Positions 29,297 to 37,627 of a DNA stretch of 64,000 nt are shown in pieces. The notes beneath the pieces are model-generated. The model had not been told where the DNA came from. It saw only the letters and a list, made by a program, of their open reading frames with translations, and searched no databases. The stretch is from an uncultured Erythrobacter sp. (lineage in GTDB: Bacteria; Pseudomonadota; Alphaproteobacteria; Sphingomonadales; Sphingomonadaceae). The translations under genes were made by a program, and so were the position numbers. Position 1 is the first letter of the stretch. Each line of letters starts with the position of its first letter. The DNA lies in contig CANLZP010000001.1 of NCBI GenBank assembly GCA_947495695.1, positions 143,069 to 207,068 on the forward strand, read 5' to 3'.

Positions 29297-30102
29297 TTGA
29301 GCGGCCTTGGCAGACGATCAGGAAGGATCAGATTGGTGCTGCCCTTAGTCAACGCAGCAGGCCGATAATCAAGAATTGGCAGCGACTTGAGAGCATTGAC
29401 GATATGGAATTGAGTCGGATTCTGCTCCCAGCTCAGATTTTTCCACTCGACCTTGCCTTCGCCCAGCATGATCTGCGTGATGTGGTTTTCGCTCGGGAAA
29501 GTTGTGTATTCGTCAAGTTTGGGTTCAAATGATCCAGCCTGCTGTATGTAGCGCCAGCCCATTGGATTATCTTTGCCCTTGAGCGCTTTCTCACTGGCGG
29601 CAATCTCCTCAAGTTCAGGCGCGCGCAGTCCAGAGACTTCGATATCGACAATCGTGTGTCCGAAATGGCTCGCATTGCAGCGCCAGACGTCATTGGAGAC
29701 GCTGTGGTCCGGAATATCGGCATAGACTTTGGGAATTCCCTGTAACTCGCGCCCGGTCAGGATTGGATCGGTCAGATTTTCCCAGATGACCAACGCAAAG
29801 GTCCCTCCAAGGGATTCGCCATCACTGCGATAAGTAACGTCGGCATTCACGCCGATCATGTTGTATCCCCTCCCGGCAAGCCAATCGACTTGTCGGTTGC
29901 AGGCATAGAAGACAGAGATGATCGGCTCGGCAGCTGGCTCGAATCCTTGCGGAAGCAACTGCGCCAATTGGCTGCCATCGGTTACATATGGAACAGTCAG
30001 CGCGGTCACGTCGCGATACCAGCCGGAACTGCCCGGACCGTGATAGCGCGCGCCGAAATGTGCCGGCATCATGTGGCTCTTAGTTGGATCACGCTTGAAC
30101 AC
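29293..30102 (-). CDS. Acetoacetate decarboxylase-like family protein
   Basis: LAQLLPQGFEP and GRELQGIPK (Schiff-base Lys position). Confidence 0.82.
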   Translation of the reverse strand: MFKRDPTKSHMMPAHFGARYHGPGSSGWYRDVTALTVPYVTDGSQLAQLLPQGFEPAAEPIISVFYACNRQVDWLAGRGYNMIGVNADVTYRSDGESLGGTFALVIWENLTDPILTGRELQGIPKVYADIPDHSVSNDVWRCNASHFGHTIVDIEVSGLRAPELEEIAASEKALKGKDNPMGWRYIQQAGSFEPKLDEYTTFPSENHITQIMLGEGKVEWKNLSWEQNPTQFHIVNALKSLPILDYRPAALTKGSTNLILPDRLPRPLK

Positions 30103-30114
30103 TCGATCTTCCTC

Positions 30115-31545
30115 TCAATCAGCCGGGGTTAGGGTTTGCGCGACATTGCGTTCATGAGCGGCGCGGTTGATTTTGTAGAGGCGCACGCAAAGCAATCGCA
30201 GGACCCAAAGCACCACAATCGCAATCAGGTAAGTCTTGCCAAATTCCTGCACAGTGCTGTCTGCAACCTGGCCTGGTTCGGCTCCCTCAGGGAAGTTGAC
30301 AACGGCAAGCACCAGCGATGCAGCGAAAATCCCCAAACCCTGCGTTGCCTTTGCCGAAAAAGTGATCGCTGCAAAGAACACACCTTCTGACCGACGCTTG
30401 GTCTTAACCTCGCTTTCTTCCACCAGATCGGCGATCATCGAGAACATCAGCACCTGAAATGAGATTATCAGGGTCATCTCGATCACCGCGACGACGAAAA
30501 TCAGTGGCAATAGGAACGATTGCCCATCTACCGGCATCGGCTCTAGAACGCCGAGCAAGCGCAGGGTGATCAGCACGGGTGACATGAACAATGTCGCGCC
30601 TGCCGCGATAAGCGCTCCATTGCGTTTACCGAACTGCTTGGTGAAGAACGGTGCAATCACCACCGCAAGTGCCGCTCCGACAAGCGATGCGAGGATCAGT
30701 ATGCTAATCTGTTCCTGCGTGAAGCCCCAGAAGAAGGAATTGATGTAGAGATTGAGGCTCATCGCAAGGCCGGTGGCAACCGATGAAAGGATGGTCGCCA
30801 TAAACAGTGCGAAGAACGACTTGCTTGTCAAAGTCTCAAGAATCTCAGCGAATATCAAACCCAGCTTCTTGGCCTGTTTCGCGGGCGCGGCCGGCAAGGT
30901 CGGGATCAATCGGTGCGTGCCGAGACTTGCCACTATGATCGAAACAAAGATCATTGCGGAGGCGATCAGACCATAGGTGGTGAAGCCGTCGCGATTGAAC
31001 AGGCCACTAGGATTGGCTTCATTGGGCGCTAGAATGACAGCCAGCGTAAAGACTGCGATCAGCGTCCCGCCGATCCAGCCAAAGAATGTGCGCCACGCCA
31101 TCAGTGACGTTCTTTCGTCGTAGTCGCGCGTCAGTTCCGCGGCTAGCGCAGAGCTTGGCACTTCATAGAGCGTGATAAGCGTGCGGATCAGGATCGATAG
31201 GACGACCAGATAGGCAAACAGCATATTGCCCGAAATGCCTTCTGGCGGGCTCCAAAGGAAGAAATAGGCAATCGCGACCGGTATTGCAGCGAAATACATC
31301 CATGGGTGCCTGCGCCCCCACCGGCTGCGGGTATTGTCGCTCAGATAGCCGACAAACGGATCGGAGAATGCGTCGAAGACCAGTGCGATAAGCAGCGCCA
31401 GCCCGACCAGTTCTGCTTCAACTCCAAGAATCTGTGAGTAGAACAACAACAGGAAGAAATCGAACCCGTTGTTCTTAACCCCATAGGCGATAGCTCCGAA
31501 ACCATACGCAAGCTTTGTTGCTATCGGAATCTTTGTGGTGGTCAA
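30115..31545 (-). CDS. MFS transporter (glycoside-pentoside-hexuronide type)
   Basis: KLAYGFG, DAFSDPFVGYLSDNTRSRWGRRHP, YDERTSL; likely TTG start at 31545 after GGAGAG. Confidence 0.9.
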   Translation of the reverse strand: MTTTKIPIATKLAYGFGAIAYGVKNNGFDFFLLLFYSQILGVEAELVGLALLIALVFDAFSDPFVGYLSDNTRSRWGRRHPWMYFAAIPVAIAYFFLWSPPEGISGNMLFAYLVVLSILIRTLITLYEVPSSALAAELTRDYDERTSLMAWRTFFGWIGGTLIAVFTLAVILAPNEANPSGLFNRDGFTTYGLIASAMIFVSIIVASLGTHRLIPTLPAAPAKQAKKLGLIFAEILETLTSKSFFALFMATILSSVATGLAMSLNLYINSFFWGFTQEQISILILASLVGAALAVVIAPFFTKQFGKRNGALIAAGATLFMSPVLITLRLLGVLEPMPVDGQSFLLPLIFVVAVIEMTLIISFQVLMFSMIADLVEESEVKTKRRSEGVFFAAITFSAKATQGLGIFAASLVLAVVNFPEGAEPGQVADSTVQEFGKTYLIAIVVLWVLRLLCVRLYKINRAAHERNVAQTLTPAD

Positions 31546-31605
31546 AGTCGCTCTCCAAGCTTTTCTGCTTGAGATCGCTACACGGCTAACCAGGTGCTTC
31601 AATAA

Positions 31606-31622
31606 GGATAGAATAGCTAACC
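31606..31622. promoter_or_regulatory. LysR-type operator (copy 2) upstream of the MFS operon
   Basis: Reverse complement GGTTAGCTATTCTATCC versus GGATAGCTATTCTAACC at 24466 (15/17). Confidence 0.65.
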
Positions 31623-31765
31623 GGTTTTGGTCTTGCTGCAGGCGGCTCCATGCGGCGAAATCACCGAGATTTATCGACTGAACCTAGCAAGATACGCACC
31701 CAACCAGAGGCCACATGCCAACTATGTGGTCATCGCCGTCAATTTGGGGCTTCGGTACGTTTGGA

Positions 31766-31849
31766 AATGACCGCTCATGGTGTCGTTAGCGGAATGGCGG
31801 CTCTTCGCGCTCACAGCCCCATGAGCAGACATTCCGCAATCGGCCCAAT
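31766..31849. repeat. Composite palindromic repeat element
   Basis: AATGACCGCTCATGG...CCATGAGCAGACATT (13/15 inverted repeat); aligns over about 40 nt with the reverse complement of 19688-19727. Confidence 0.7.
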
Positions 31850-31857
31850 ATCCGCCA

Positions 31858-33114
31858 TCACTTTGAGTCAGACTCTAAGATCATATCGTCGGCGATTGAT
31901 TGCGTCAGCTCAATCAGCTCGCCAACGCCGTCCATCTGGCGATTGGTCATGATCGCAATCGAAATTCCATGTTCCGGGTACATTATCAGGAACGCTGTAC
32001 CTCCCATCGCGATGCCCCCGTGGTGGCTTACCATTACCTTGCGGTCTTCGCCGAGCGTGCCATCTAAAGGATGGCTCCGCCAACCGAAGGCGTAATTCTG
32101 CTCGTTGACTTCGCCGCTTCTCAGCATCTGCGGCGCGAAAAACAAATTGTCTCTGGTGGCGGCATCGACATATCCGCCGTTCAAGATCGCCTGCGTCATC
32201 AGAACTAGGTCAGCGGGCGTTGAAACAAATCCCCCGCCGGCTGTCTTGTTGGAGTTTTCGACCGGATATGCGGGTTTGTACTCATTGTCCCTAACTGCAT
32301 AGGGCACGGCTATGTCTCCGTTCGCTAGACCCTCTCTCATTGTATTTGTCATAGAGAGTGGCGATGTCAGCTTAGCTGCGATAATCTCATCAAAGGACAG
32401 GCCGCTCGCACCCTCCATGGCTGCCGCCGCCAGCGTAAACCCATGCGAGCTATAAGAAAATTCTGTTCCGGGCTCGAACAGTAACTCAGAATCCGCGAAA
32501 GTCGCAACGGCGCTTTCTACACTGTCGTGGCTCGTTTGGTTGCTGTATTCGTCGAACGGGAAGCAAAAGCAGAATTCATAATGACGGATGCCAGCGGTAT
32601 GAGTGAACAGCTGCCGTGGAGTGATGTCATATTTTTTCGCAGGGAAGTATGGAACGATCCTTCGAATGGGCGCATCAAGGTCCAGAATACCCTCTTCCAC
32701 AAGTTTCGCGGCTGTCGTTGCGGTCACAGCTTTTGAAACACTGCCGATCCGAAACATTGTATCCAGTTTAGCGGGCGTTTCAGTCTCGAGGTTTCCAAAT
32801 CCCATGGCGCGTGCCCACACAACTCGGCTGTCTTTGCCGATGGCAATTGAAAGGGCTGGAAATTTATTCGCTGTTACCGCGTCATCCAGTCTCGCATTGG
32901 CCGAAGCAATAACCGCAGCAAATTCGTCTGGTATGGGCGATTGCTCACCTGCAGTTCGATCAAGAGCTGGAATGTTTTTCCAACCGCTATTGAAGACGAA
33001 AACGGGTTCAAACAATTTGAAGATTGCAATCATCAGTCCGATTGTGAAAGCCAAAGAAACGAGCAGAATGCGCATCCGCTTGAACCGATTGTCTTGAGTT
33101 TTGGTCACTACCAT
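31858..33114 (-). CDS. Serine hydrolase, beta-lactamase/peptidase S12 family
   Basis: FRIGSVSK (SxxK), LFTHTAGI, FSYSSHG, HHGG; N-terminal TM anchor. Confidence 0.92.
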   Translation of the reverse strand: MVVTKTQDNRFKRMRILLVSLAFTIGLMIAIFKLFEPVFVFNSGWKNIPALDRTAGEQSPIPDEFAAVIASANARLDDAVTANKFPALSIAIGKDSRVVWARAMGFGNLETETPAKLDTMFRIGSVSKAVTATTAAKLVEEGILDLDAPIRRIVPYFPAKKYDITPRQLFTHTAGIRHYEFCFCFPFDEYSNQTSHDSVESAVATFADSELLFEPGTEFSYSSHGFTLAAAAMEGASGLSFDEIIAAKLTSPLSMTNTMREGLANGDIAVPYAVRDNEYKPAYPVENSNKTAGGGFVSTPADLVLMTQAILNGGYVDAATRDNLFFAPQMLRSGEVNEQNYAFGWRSHPLDGTLGEDRKVMVSHHGGIAMGGTAFLIMYPEHGISIAIMTNRQMDGVGELIELTQSIADDMILESDSK

Positions 33115-33386
33115 TTTTCCTTTAGAAATCTCTGAACTGCTGAGACCAAATCCCAACCGAGAGAGGTGTTCTTACCGTATATATAGACACTGTCAATTTT
33201 TGAAATCTCTTGGCCTTGTCCCATGGTTATGGATATTTCGATCAGGCTCACATGATCAACGACCTCCGCAATCTGACCGGCCGAACGCCAGTGCATCTGA
33301 TTGGAGAACGCCAAGCTGAGGCAAGATCTGGCCTATGATCTTCGGTGGCAGCTAGCGCCGTGAGAATTCGCACCGCTAGTCGCTGC

Positions 33387-33950
33387 TCAAGTTGGCTTCG
33401 CAGCGTCCAATATTTTGTCAGATAATGAAGGGCTGTTCACAGCGCGTGCCAGTGTGACACCGCCAATCAAACTGCTGAGATAGGACCATGCATTTGCGAG
33501 TCGTTCCGGTTTGCTTGCCCCATCCATCTTATCCGCGACCAAACCAGCAATTGCTTGCATCTTCTGTTCGTAGAGCGCGCGTGTTTTTTCGTTAGCGCGA
33601 ACAACTTCTGGAGAAAATGCTGCCATAGCGCATCCGCCGGACAGATTATCGCGGTGCGCTTTGCCAAGATAATAGTTTGAAAATTCCGTCGTCCAATCAT
33701 CGCCATGCTTCAATTGAAACTCGGGGACGGCCGCAATGACCTCGTCAAGGCCAGCGATAAGCGCGGCCTCAAATGCTGCCGCCTTCGAGCCAAAGTGTGC
33801 GTAGAACGCCCCGGATGTGACGCCAGCCCCCTTTGCAAGCCCGTCAACTCCGATGCCATCGTAACCCTTACTGCGGAAACCGCGACCTGCCGCGTCCAGA
33901 ATCCGGCGCCTTGTTTCCAGCTTACGCTCATCCTGCTTCGTCAAACTCAA
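33387..33950 (-). CDS. TetR/AcrR family regulator
   Basis: ILDAAGRGFRSKGYDGIGVDGLAKGAGVTSGAFYAHFGSK. Confidence 0.93.
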   Translation of the reverse strand: MSLTKQDERKLETRRRILDAAGRGFRSKGYDGIGVDGLAKGAGVTSGAFYAHFGSKAAAFEAALIAGLDEVIAAVPEFQLKHGDDWTTEFSNYYLGKAHRDNLSGGCAMAAFSPEVVRANEKTRALYEQKMQAIAGLVADKMDGASKPERLANAWSYLSSLIGGVTLARAVNSPSLSDKILDAAKPT

Positions 33951-33973
33951 TTCCTTATCAAATCCACAAATTT

Positions 33974-34057
33974 ATATAGCGGTCGTTATATTTACTTGAC
34001 GGCATAGCGATCGTTATATATCTGGCCCTCACGAACGTTATATAACGATCTCTATAT
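33974..34057. promoter_or_regulatory. Three TetR-type operator palindromes
   Basis: ATATAGCGGTCGTTATAT (33974), CATAGCGATCGTTATAT (34003), ATATAACGATCTCTATAT (34040). Confidence 0.7.
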
Positions 34058-34100
34058 AATTGCAAAGCATAGGTGCTTTGCTGACCGATGAAGGAAAAAT

Positions 34101-34532
34101 ATGCCTTATCTTCAAATTATTACTTCACAGGATTCGCTGGACAAAGCAGCGCAAGGGGCGCTGGTTTGTCGTATTTCCAATGCTATTCTGGAAGCCGAGT
34201 GCGCCAAAATTGGTGATGCCGCTGCGCAATCGCTTGTCTGGGCGCATTACTTTGAGCTTCCGCAAGACGCCATTTATGTTGGTGGGAAAGTTATCGAAGC
34301 ACCGCCTTTTCGCATCGCCATACACACTCCTGAAGGCGCGCTCACTGATATCACCCGAGGCAGGCTTGTCAGCGCAATCGGCAATATTGTCGATGATATC
34401 GCCGGGCCAATTGAGGGGCGTCTGAACCATTGGACGATGCTCTACGAAATTACCGACGGCAACTGGGGGGCGGGGCAGGTTCTTCGCTTGCCCGATATCC
34501 AGTCAGCAATGAACATTAAGCAAGCCGCTTAA
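34101..34532 (+). CDS. Tautomerase superfamily protein
   Basis: N-terminal M-P (catalytic Pro-1), two beta-alpha-beta units, EITDGNWGAG. Confidence 0.8.
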   Translation: MPYLQIITSQDSLDKAAQGALVCRISNAILEAECAKIGDAAAQSLVWAHYFELPQDAIYVGGKVIEAPPFRIAIHTPEGALTDITRGRLVSAIGNIVDDIAGPIEGRLNHWTMLYEITDGNWGAGQVLRLPDIQSAMNIKQAA

Positions 34533-34569
34533 TCCGAGCGAACCCTCGTAAACATGCAAAGGAATACCA

Positions 34570-35049
34570 ATGCTCAAGAAAACTACAATCGGACTATTTG
34601 CCGCGTCCATTTTGGCCGCGGGCTTCACCTCAACCGCCCAAGCACAAAGTTGCATGCCAATCGGCGGCGTCGCGATCCCTCACTTCTACGCAGAAGGTGA
34701 AGGTAACCCGATGATTATTTCTGCTGCCCTTACAGGGAGTGTCCAAAATGCTGCTGGCAAAATTACGGCGCAAAGGGAGACAGCCACCGGCCTCGAAATG
34801 GATATGGAACATTATTTCGGCCGGGATGACGGCGGCGCGTTTCAGACCAAGGACTTGGGCGTGCTCACGGCCATTCCGGGAAAACCAGGTCGGTATATGA
34901 TCGAGATTACCTACCATATCCAAGACGACGTAACCCGCGGAACGCTTGAGGGTTATACTGGCCAGTTCAGCAGCTACGGACTCGTCGATCTGCGAGACCC
35001 CGACAATCTCGTTGGTCTTGTCCGCTACACCGGCTCGATTTGTAAATAG
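34570..35049 (+). CDS. Secreted beta-rich hypothetical protein (possibly dirigent/allene oxide cyclase-like barrel)
   Basis: Signal peptide, terminal Cys pair, VTRGTLEGYTGQF turn motif; fold call is inference. Confidence 0.65.
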   Translation: MLKKTTIGLFAASILAAGFTSTAQAQSCMPIGGVAIPHFYAEGEGNPMIISAALTGSVQNAAGKITAQRETATGLEMDMEHYFGRDDGGAFQTKDLGVLTAIPGKPGRYMIEITYHIQDDVTRGTLEGYTGQFSSYGLVDLRDPDNLVGLVRYTGSICK

Positions 35050-35056
35050 CTCTACT

Positions 35057-35083
35057 GGTCCGCCCACCCCCATTGGGCCACGT
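35057..35083. repeat. Degenerate palindromic repeat family copy
   Basis: GGTCCGCCCACCCCCATTGGGCCACGT resembles 22475-22504; 7 nt after a stop codon. Confidence 0.4.
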
Positions 35084-35154
35084 AGAAGCTATCGCTGGCG
35101 GGTGGCCTGGTGCCGCTCGCCAGTTTTTGGCCCCCTCGCACACTGAGAAAATTC

Positions 35155-35595
35155 ATGAACACTTCAATCGAACCTTCCGCTCTCCCGTCATCAATCCTGT
35201 ATACAATGGTCCGAGTCAGCGACTTAGACCAATCCATTGCGTTTTACCGGGATGCGCTTGGCATGCGCGAACTGCGGAGGGAAACGTTCACTAACGGCCG
35301 CTTCACATTGGTATTTATGGGGTACGCTAACGATTGCAATGGACCTATGATCGAGCTGACCTGGAATTGGGATGCCGAAGAATACTCCCATGGAAGCGGA
35401 TTTGGGCATGTGGCTCTGGGGGTCGCTGACATTTATGGGGCCTGCGAACGGCTGAAGGGCATGGGAATTGCGATAACACGCGATGCCGGGCCCATGACGC
35501 ACGCAGTGGATGAAACTGGATACCGCGAGGACATCGCATTTCTTGAAGACCCGGACGGATACAAGATCGAGTTAATAGGGATACCCGCTGCATAG
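35155..35595 (+). CDS. gloA: Lactoylglutathione lyase (glyoxalase I)
   Basis: YTMVRVSDLDQSIAFY, IELTWNW, GFGHVALGV, FLEDPDGYKIELI. Confidence 0.85.
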   Translation: MNTSIEPSALPSSILYTMVRVSDLDQSIAFYRDALGMRELRRETFTNGRFTLVFMGYANDCNGPMIELTWNWDAEEYSHGSGFGHVALGVADIYGACERLKGMGIAITRDAGPMTHAVDETGYREDIAFLEDPDGYKIELIGIPAA

Positions 35596-36009
35596 CTAGT
35601 GGGTGGAGGCATCCACTACTGCGCTGTCAGACAATTCGCTGCACATATTGGCACTCCCTAGGGGAGCGTCTGTTCTAGATCATCGCTTGTAAAGTCGACG
35701 AAGTAGGATCTCGAAGGAGAGGCTGATGCGGCTCGACTTGGCTGACAAGCTAATAACCGATTCACGTGATTCTGCATGAACAATTGGCAGCAAGAAAGGT
35801 CCGAATTCGCAGTGGCAAGTACAAATCACGAGGAAGGTCATATCGCCAAACGGCACCATCCCCTCCTCGTTCTGATTCATTGGATACTAGAGCTAATGAC
35901 TATCGCCGAGATTGGCCGCGTTACAAATTTCAATCAGTGACCCCTAGATGGCAATCGTAGGAATGGGCTTCATAGTGATCACGGGTTTAGGGAAAGGAGC
36001 GAATTGAAG

Positions 36010-36426
36010 ATGAACGAGAAACCGAATAGGATACAAGGGAGCTGCCTATGCAGGTCAGTCTCGTTCGAGATCGTCAATGATTTTGCCAAACTTTATTTTT
36101 GCAACTGTAATCAGTGCAGAAAAATAACTGGTTCGGCTTTCGCATCGAACCTTTTCGTCAATATTGAAAGCTTCGATTGGCTGGCTGGCTCTGATGGTAT
36201 CGCCGTCTACAAAGTACCGAACAGGGATATCGCGAAATCGTTTTGCCGAAAATGTGGTTCTGGTGTTCCGTGGCTCAGTAGCGACGGGGCAATGATGATC
36301 GTGCCAGCGGGCTGCCTTAATGGAGAGCCGGAGGTGAAGGGAAGGATCAGGATATTCACAGCTGAAGAACCAACTTGGTCATCAGAATTTGAACTGATAG
36401 AAGTACATTCGGGTTTCCCCGATTAG
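36010..36426 (+). CDS. GFA/CENP-V family zinc protein
   Basis: GSCLC, CNCNQCRK, FCRKCGS motifs. Confidence 0.9.
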   Translation: MNEKPNRIQGSCLCRSVSFEIVNDFAKLYFCNCNQCRKITGSAFASNLFVNIESFDWLAGSDGIAVYKVPNRDIAKSFCRKCGSGVPWLSSDGAMMIVPAGCLNGEPEVKGRIRIFTAEEPTWSSEFELIEVHSGFPD

Positions 36427-36448
36427 ATGCATACAACTTTCTCAAGGC

Positions 36449-37144
36449 TTAGACTGATTCATCAGCCGATATCGATGACGTCAATTGGCTTAACATGAGT
36501 TTCAGATACCGAGTTTCTTGTGAGGATAGAGTCTTTGACGTTTCTCGTGCCTTCATCTGGAAGTAGTGCCCCATCAAGTAGGGATAGCTCTCTTGTTCTG
36601 GTAGTTGCCCAGCATGGTCGAGGTTGGCGAGTTGAGCGTAGACTGCGATATCTGCAACTGTCAGCCGGTTCTCAGAAAAATATTTTTTGCCGGAAAGCTC
36701 GCTTTCAAGATATTGGAATCGAACGGGCAGTTTGTGTCTGACCGCCTCTTCGATCATTAGAGTATCAATTGGCTCGCCGCGCATCTGATTGATAAATGTC
36801 GGTTGGAAAACACCTTCGCTAATGTCTCCAAACAGTGCGGTATCGGCATATTCCTCGATCCAGAGGGCATGACCAAGTGCTTTCGGTTCGGTCGGGATAA
36901 TTGTGCCGTTGGGACTAGGGAATGCCGCATCGAGATATGCCGAGATTGCAGAGCTATCGTTGAGCCGGAAAGCACCATCTGTCAGAATCGGAATGCGTTT
37001 CAGCGGGCTTATCGATTCAAAATGATCCGGTGGATTGTAGGGGTTTATGTCGTTGCTCTTAAAAGATATCCCTTTTTCCATAGCGACGAGTGTTACCTTG
37101 CGCGTGAAAGGTGACAGCGGCGATCCGTGAACAACCACACTCAT
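36449..37144 (-). CDS. Glutathione S-transferase
   Basis: SPFTRKV, SPLKRIPIL, DSSAISAYL, LTVADIA. Confidence 0.92.
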   Translation of the reverse strand: MSVVVHGSPLSPFTRKVTLVAMEKGISFKSNDINPYNPPDHFESISPLKRIPILTDGAFRLNDSSAISAYLDAAFPSPNGTIIPTEPKALGHALWIEEYADTALFGDISEGVFQPTFINQMRGEPIDTLMIEEAVRHKLPVRFQYLESELSGKKYFSENRLTVADIAVYAQLANLDHAGQLPEQESYPYLMGHYFQMKARETSKTLSSQETRYLKLMLSQLTSSISADESV

Positions 37145-37554
37145 TTTGATACGCCGCCATCCTGCGAAAGCGCACGCCATCCGAGCAGTAGAAGCCCTGC
37201 AATGATTGTAACTCCGACTACCACAACGCTCATGCCGCCGATTGTGAAATTGGTACCGTCAGAATGCACCATTGACCCTCCATAAAGGGGGCCAGCAGCC
37301 CATGCGATCAAGAAAGATGCGCTCAAGATCAATCCAAGGACAATTCCCAGTCGCGGCGCGATGCGTTTCCAAACCAATATGAATGCCAGGATGGCAATTG
37401 CTGCGTTCGCAATAAGTTGCCAGGCTTCATGAAGGCGCGCGTGGCTAGGCCATTCGGGATTGAATAGATGCGAGCTACTGATTTCCATGAACGGTATCAC
37501 GGCAGACAGCACGAATGCACATAGAGCGACGGAAAAGAGTGTGATCTTGGGCAT
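37141..37554 (-). CDS. Small four-TM membrane protein
   Basis: Hydrophobic segments with PEWPSHARLHEAW; ATGA overlap with the GST gene. Confidence 0.78.
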   Translation of the reverse strand: MPKITLFSVALCAFVLSAVIPFMEISSSHLFNPEWPSHARLHEAWQLIANAAIAILAFILVWKRIAPRLGIVLGLILSASFLIAWAAGPLYGGSMVHSDGTNFTIGGMSVVVVGVTIIAGLLLLGWRALSQDGGVSK

Positions 37555-37570
37555 TAGGTGGCCTCATTTT

Positions 37571-37617
37571 ACTATCAAATTGACAGCGTCTATATTGACT
37601 ATCAAATTGACGGCGTC
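37571..37617. promoter_or_regulatory. Tandem duplicated TetR operator
   Basis: ACTATCAAATTGAC(A/G)GCGTC twice, 27 nt apart; each contains ATTGAC-N3-GTC(A/T)AT. Confidence 0.7.
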
Positions 37618-37627
37618 AATATGAGTT

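Noticed and set aside
19668-35083. Repeats as a CRISPR array
   Set aside because: Copies are degenerate, kilobases apart, in mixed orientation, with whole genes between them; no cas genes.
35596-36009. 66-aa ORF 35680-35880 as a small gene
   Set aside because: No recognisable homology or start signals; may be decayed sequence but cannot be supported.
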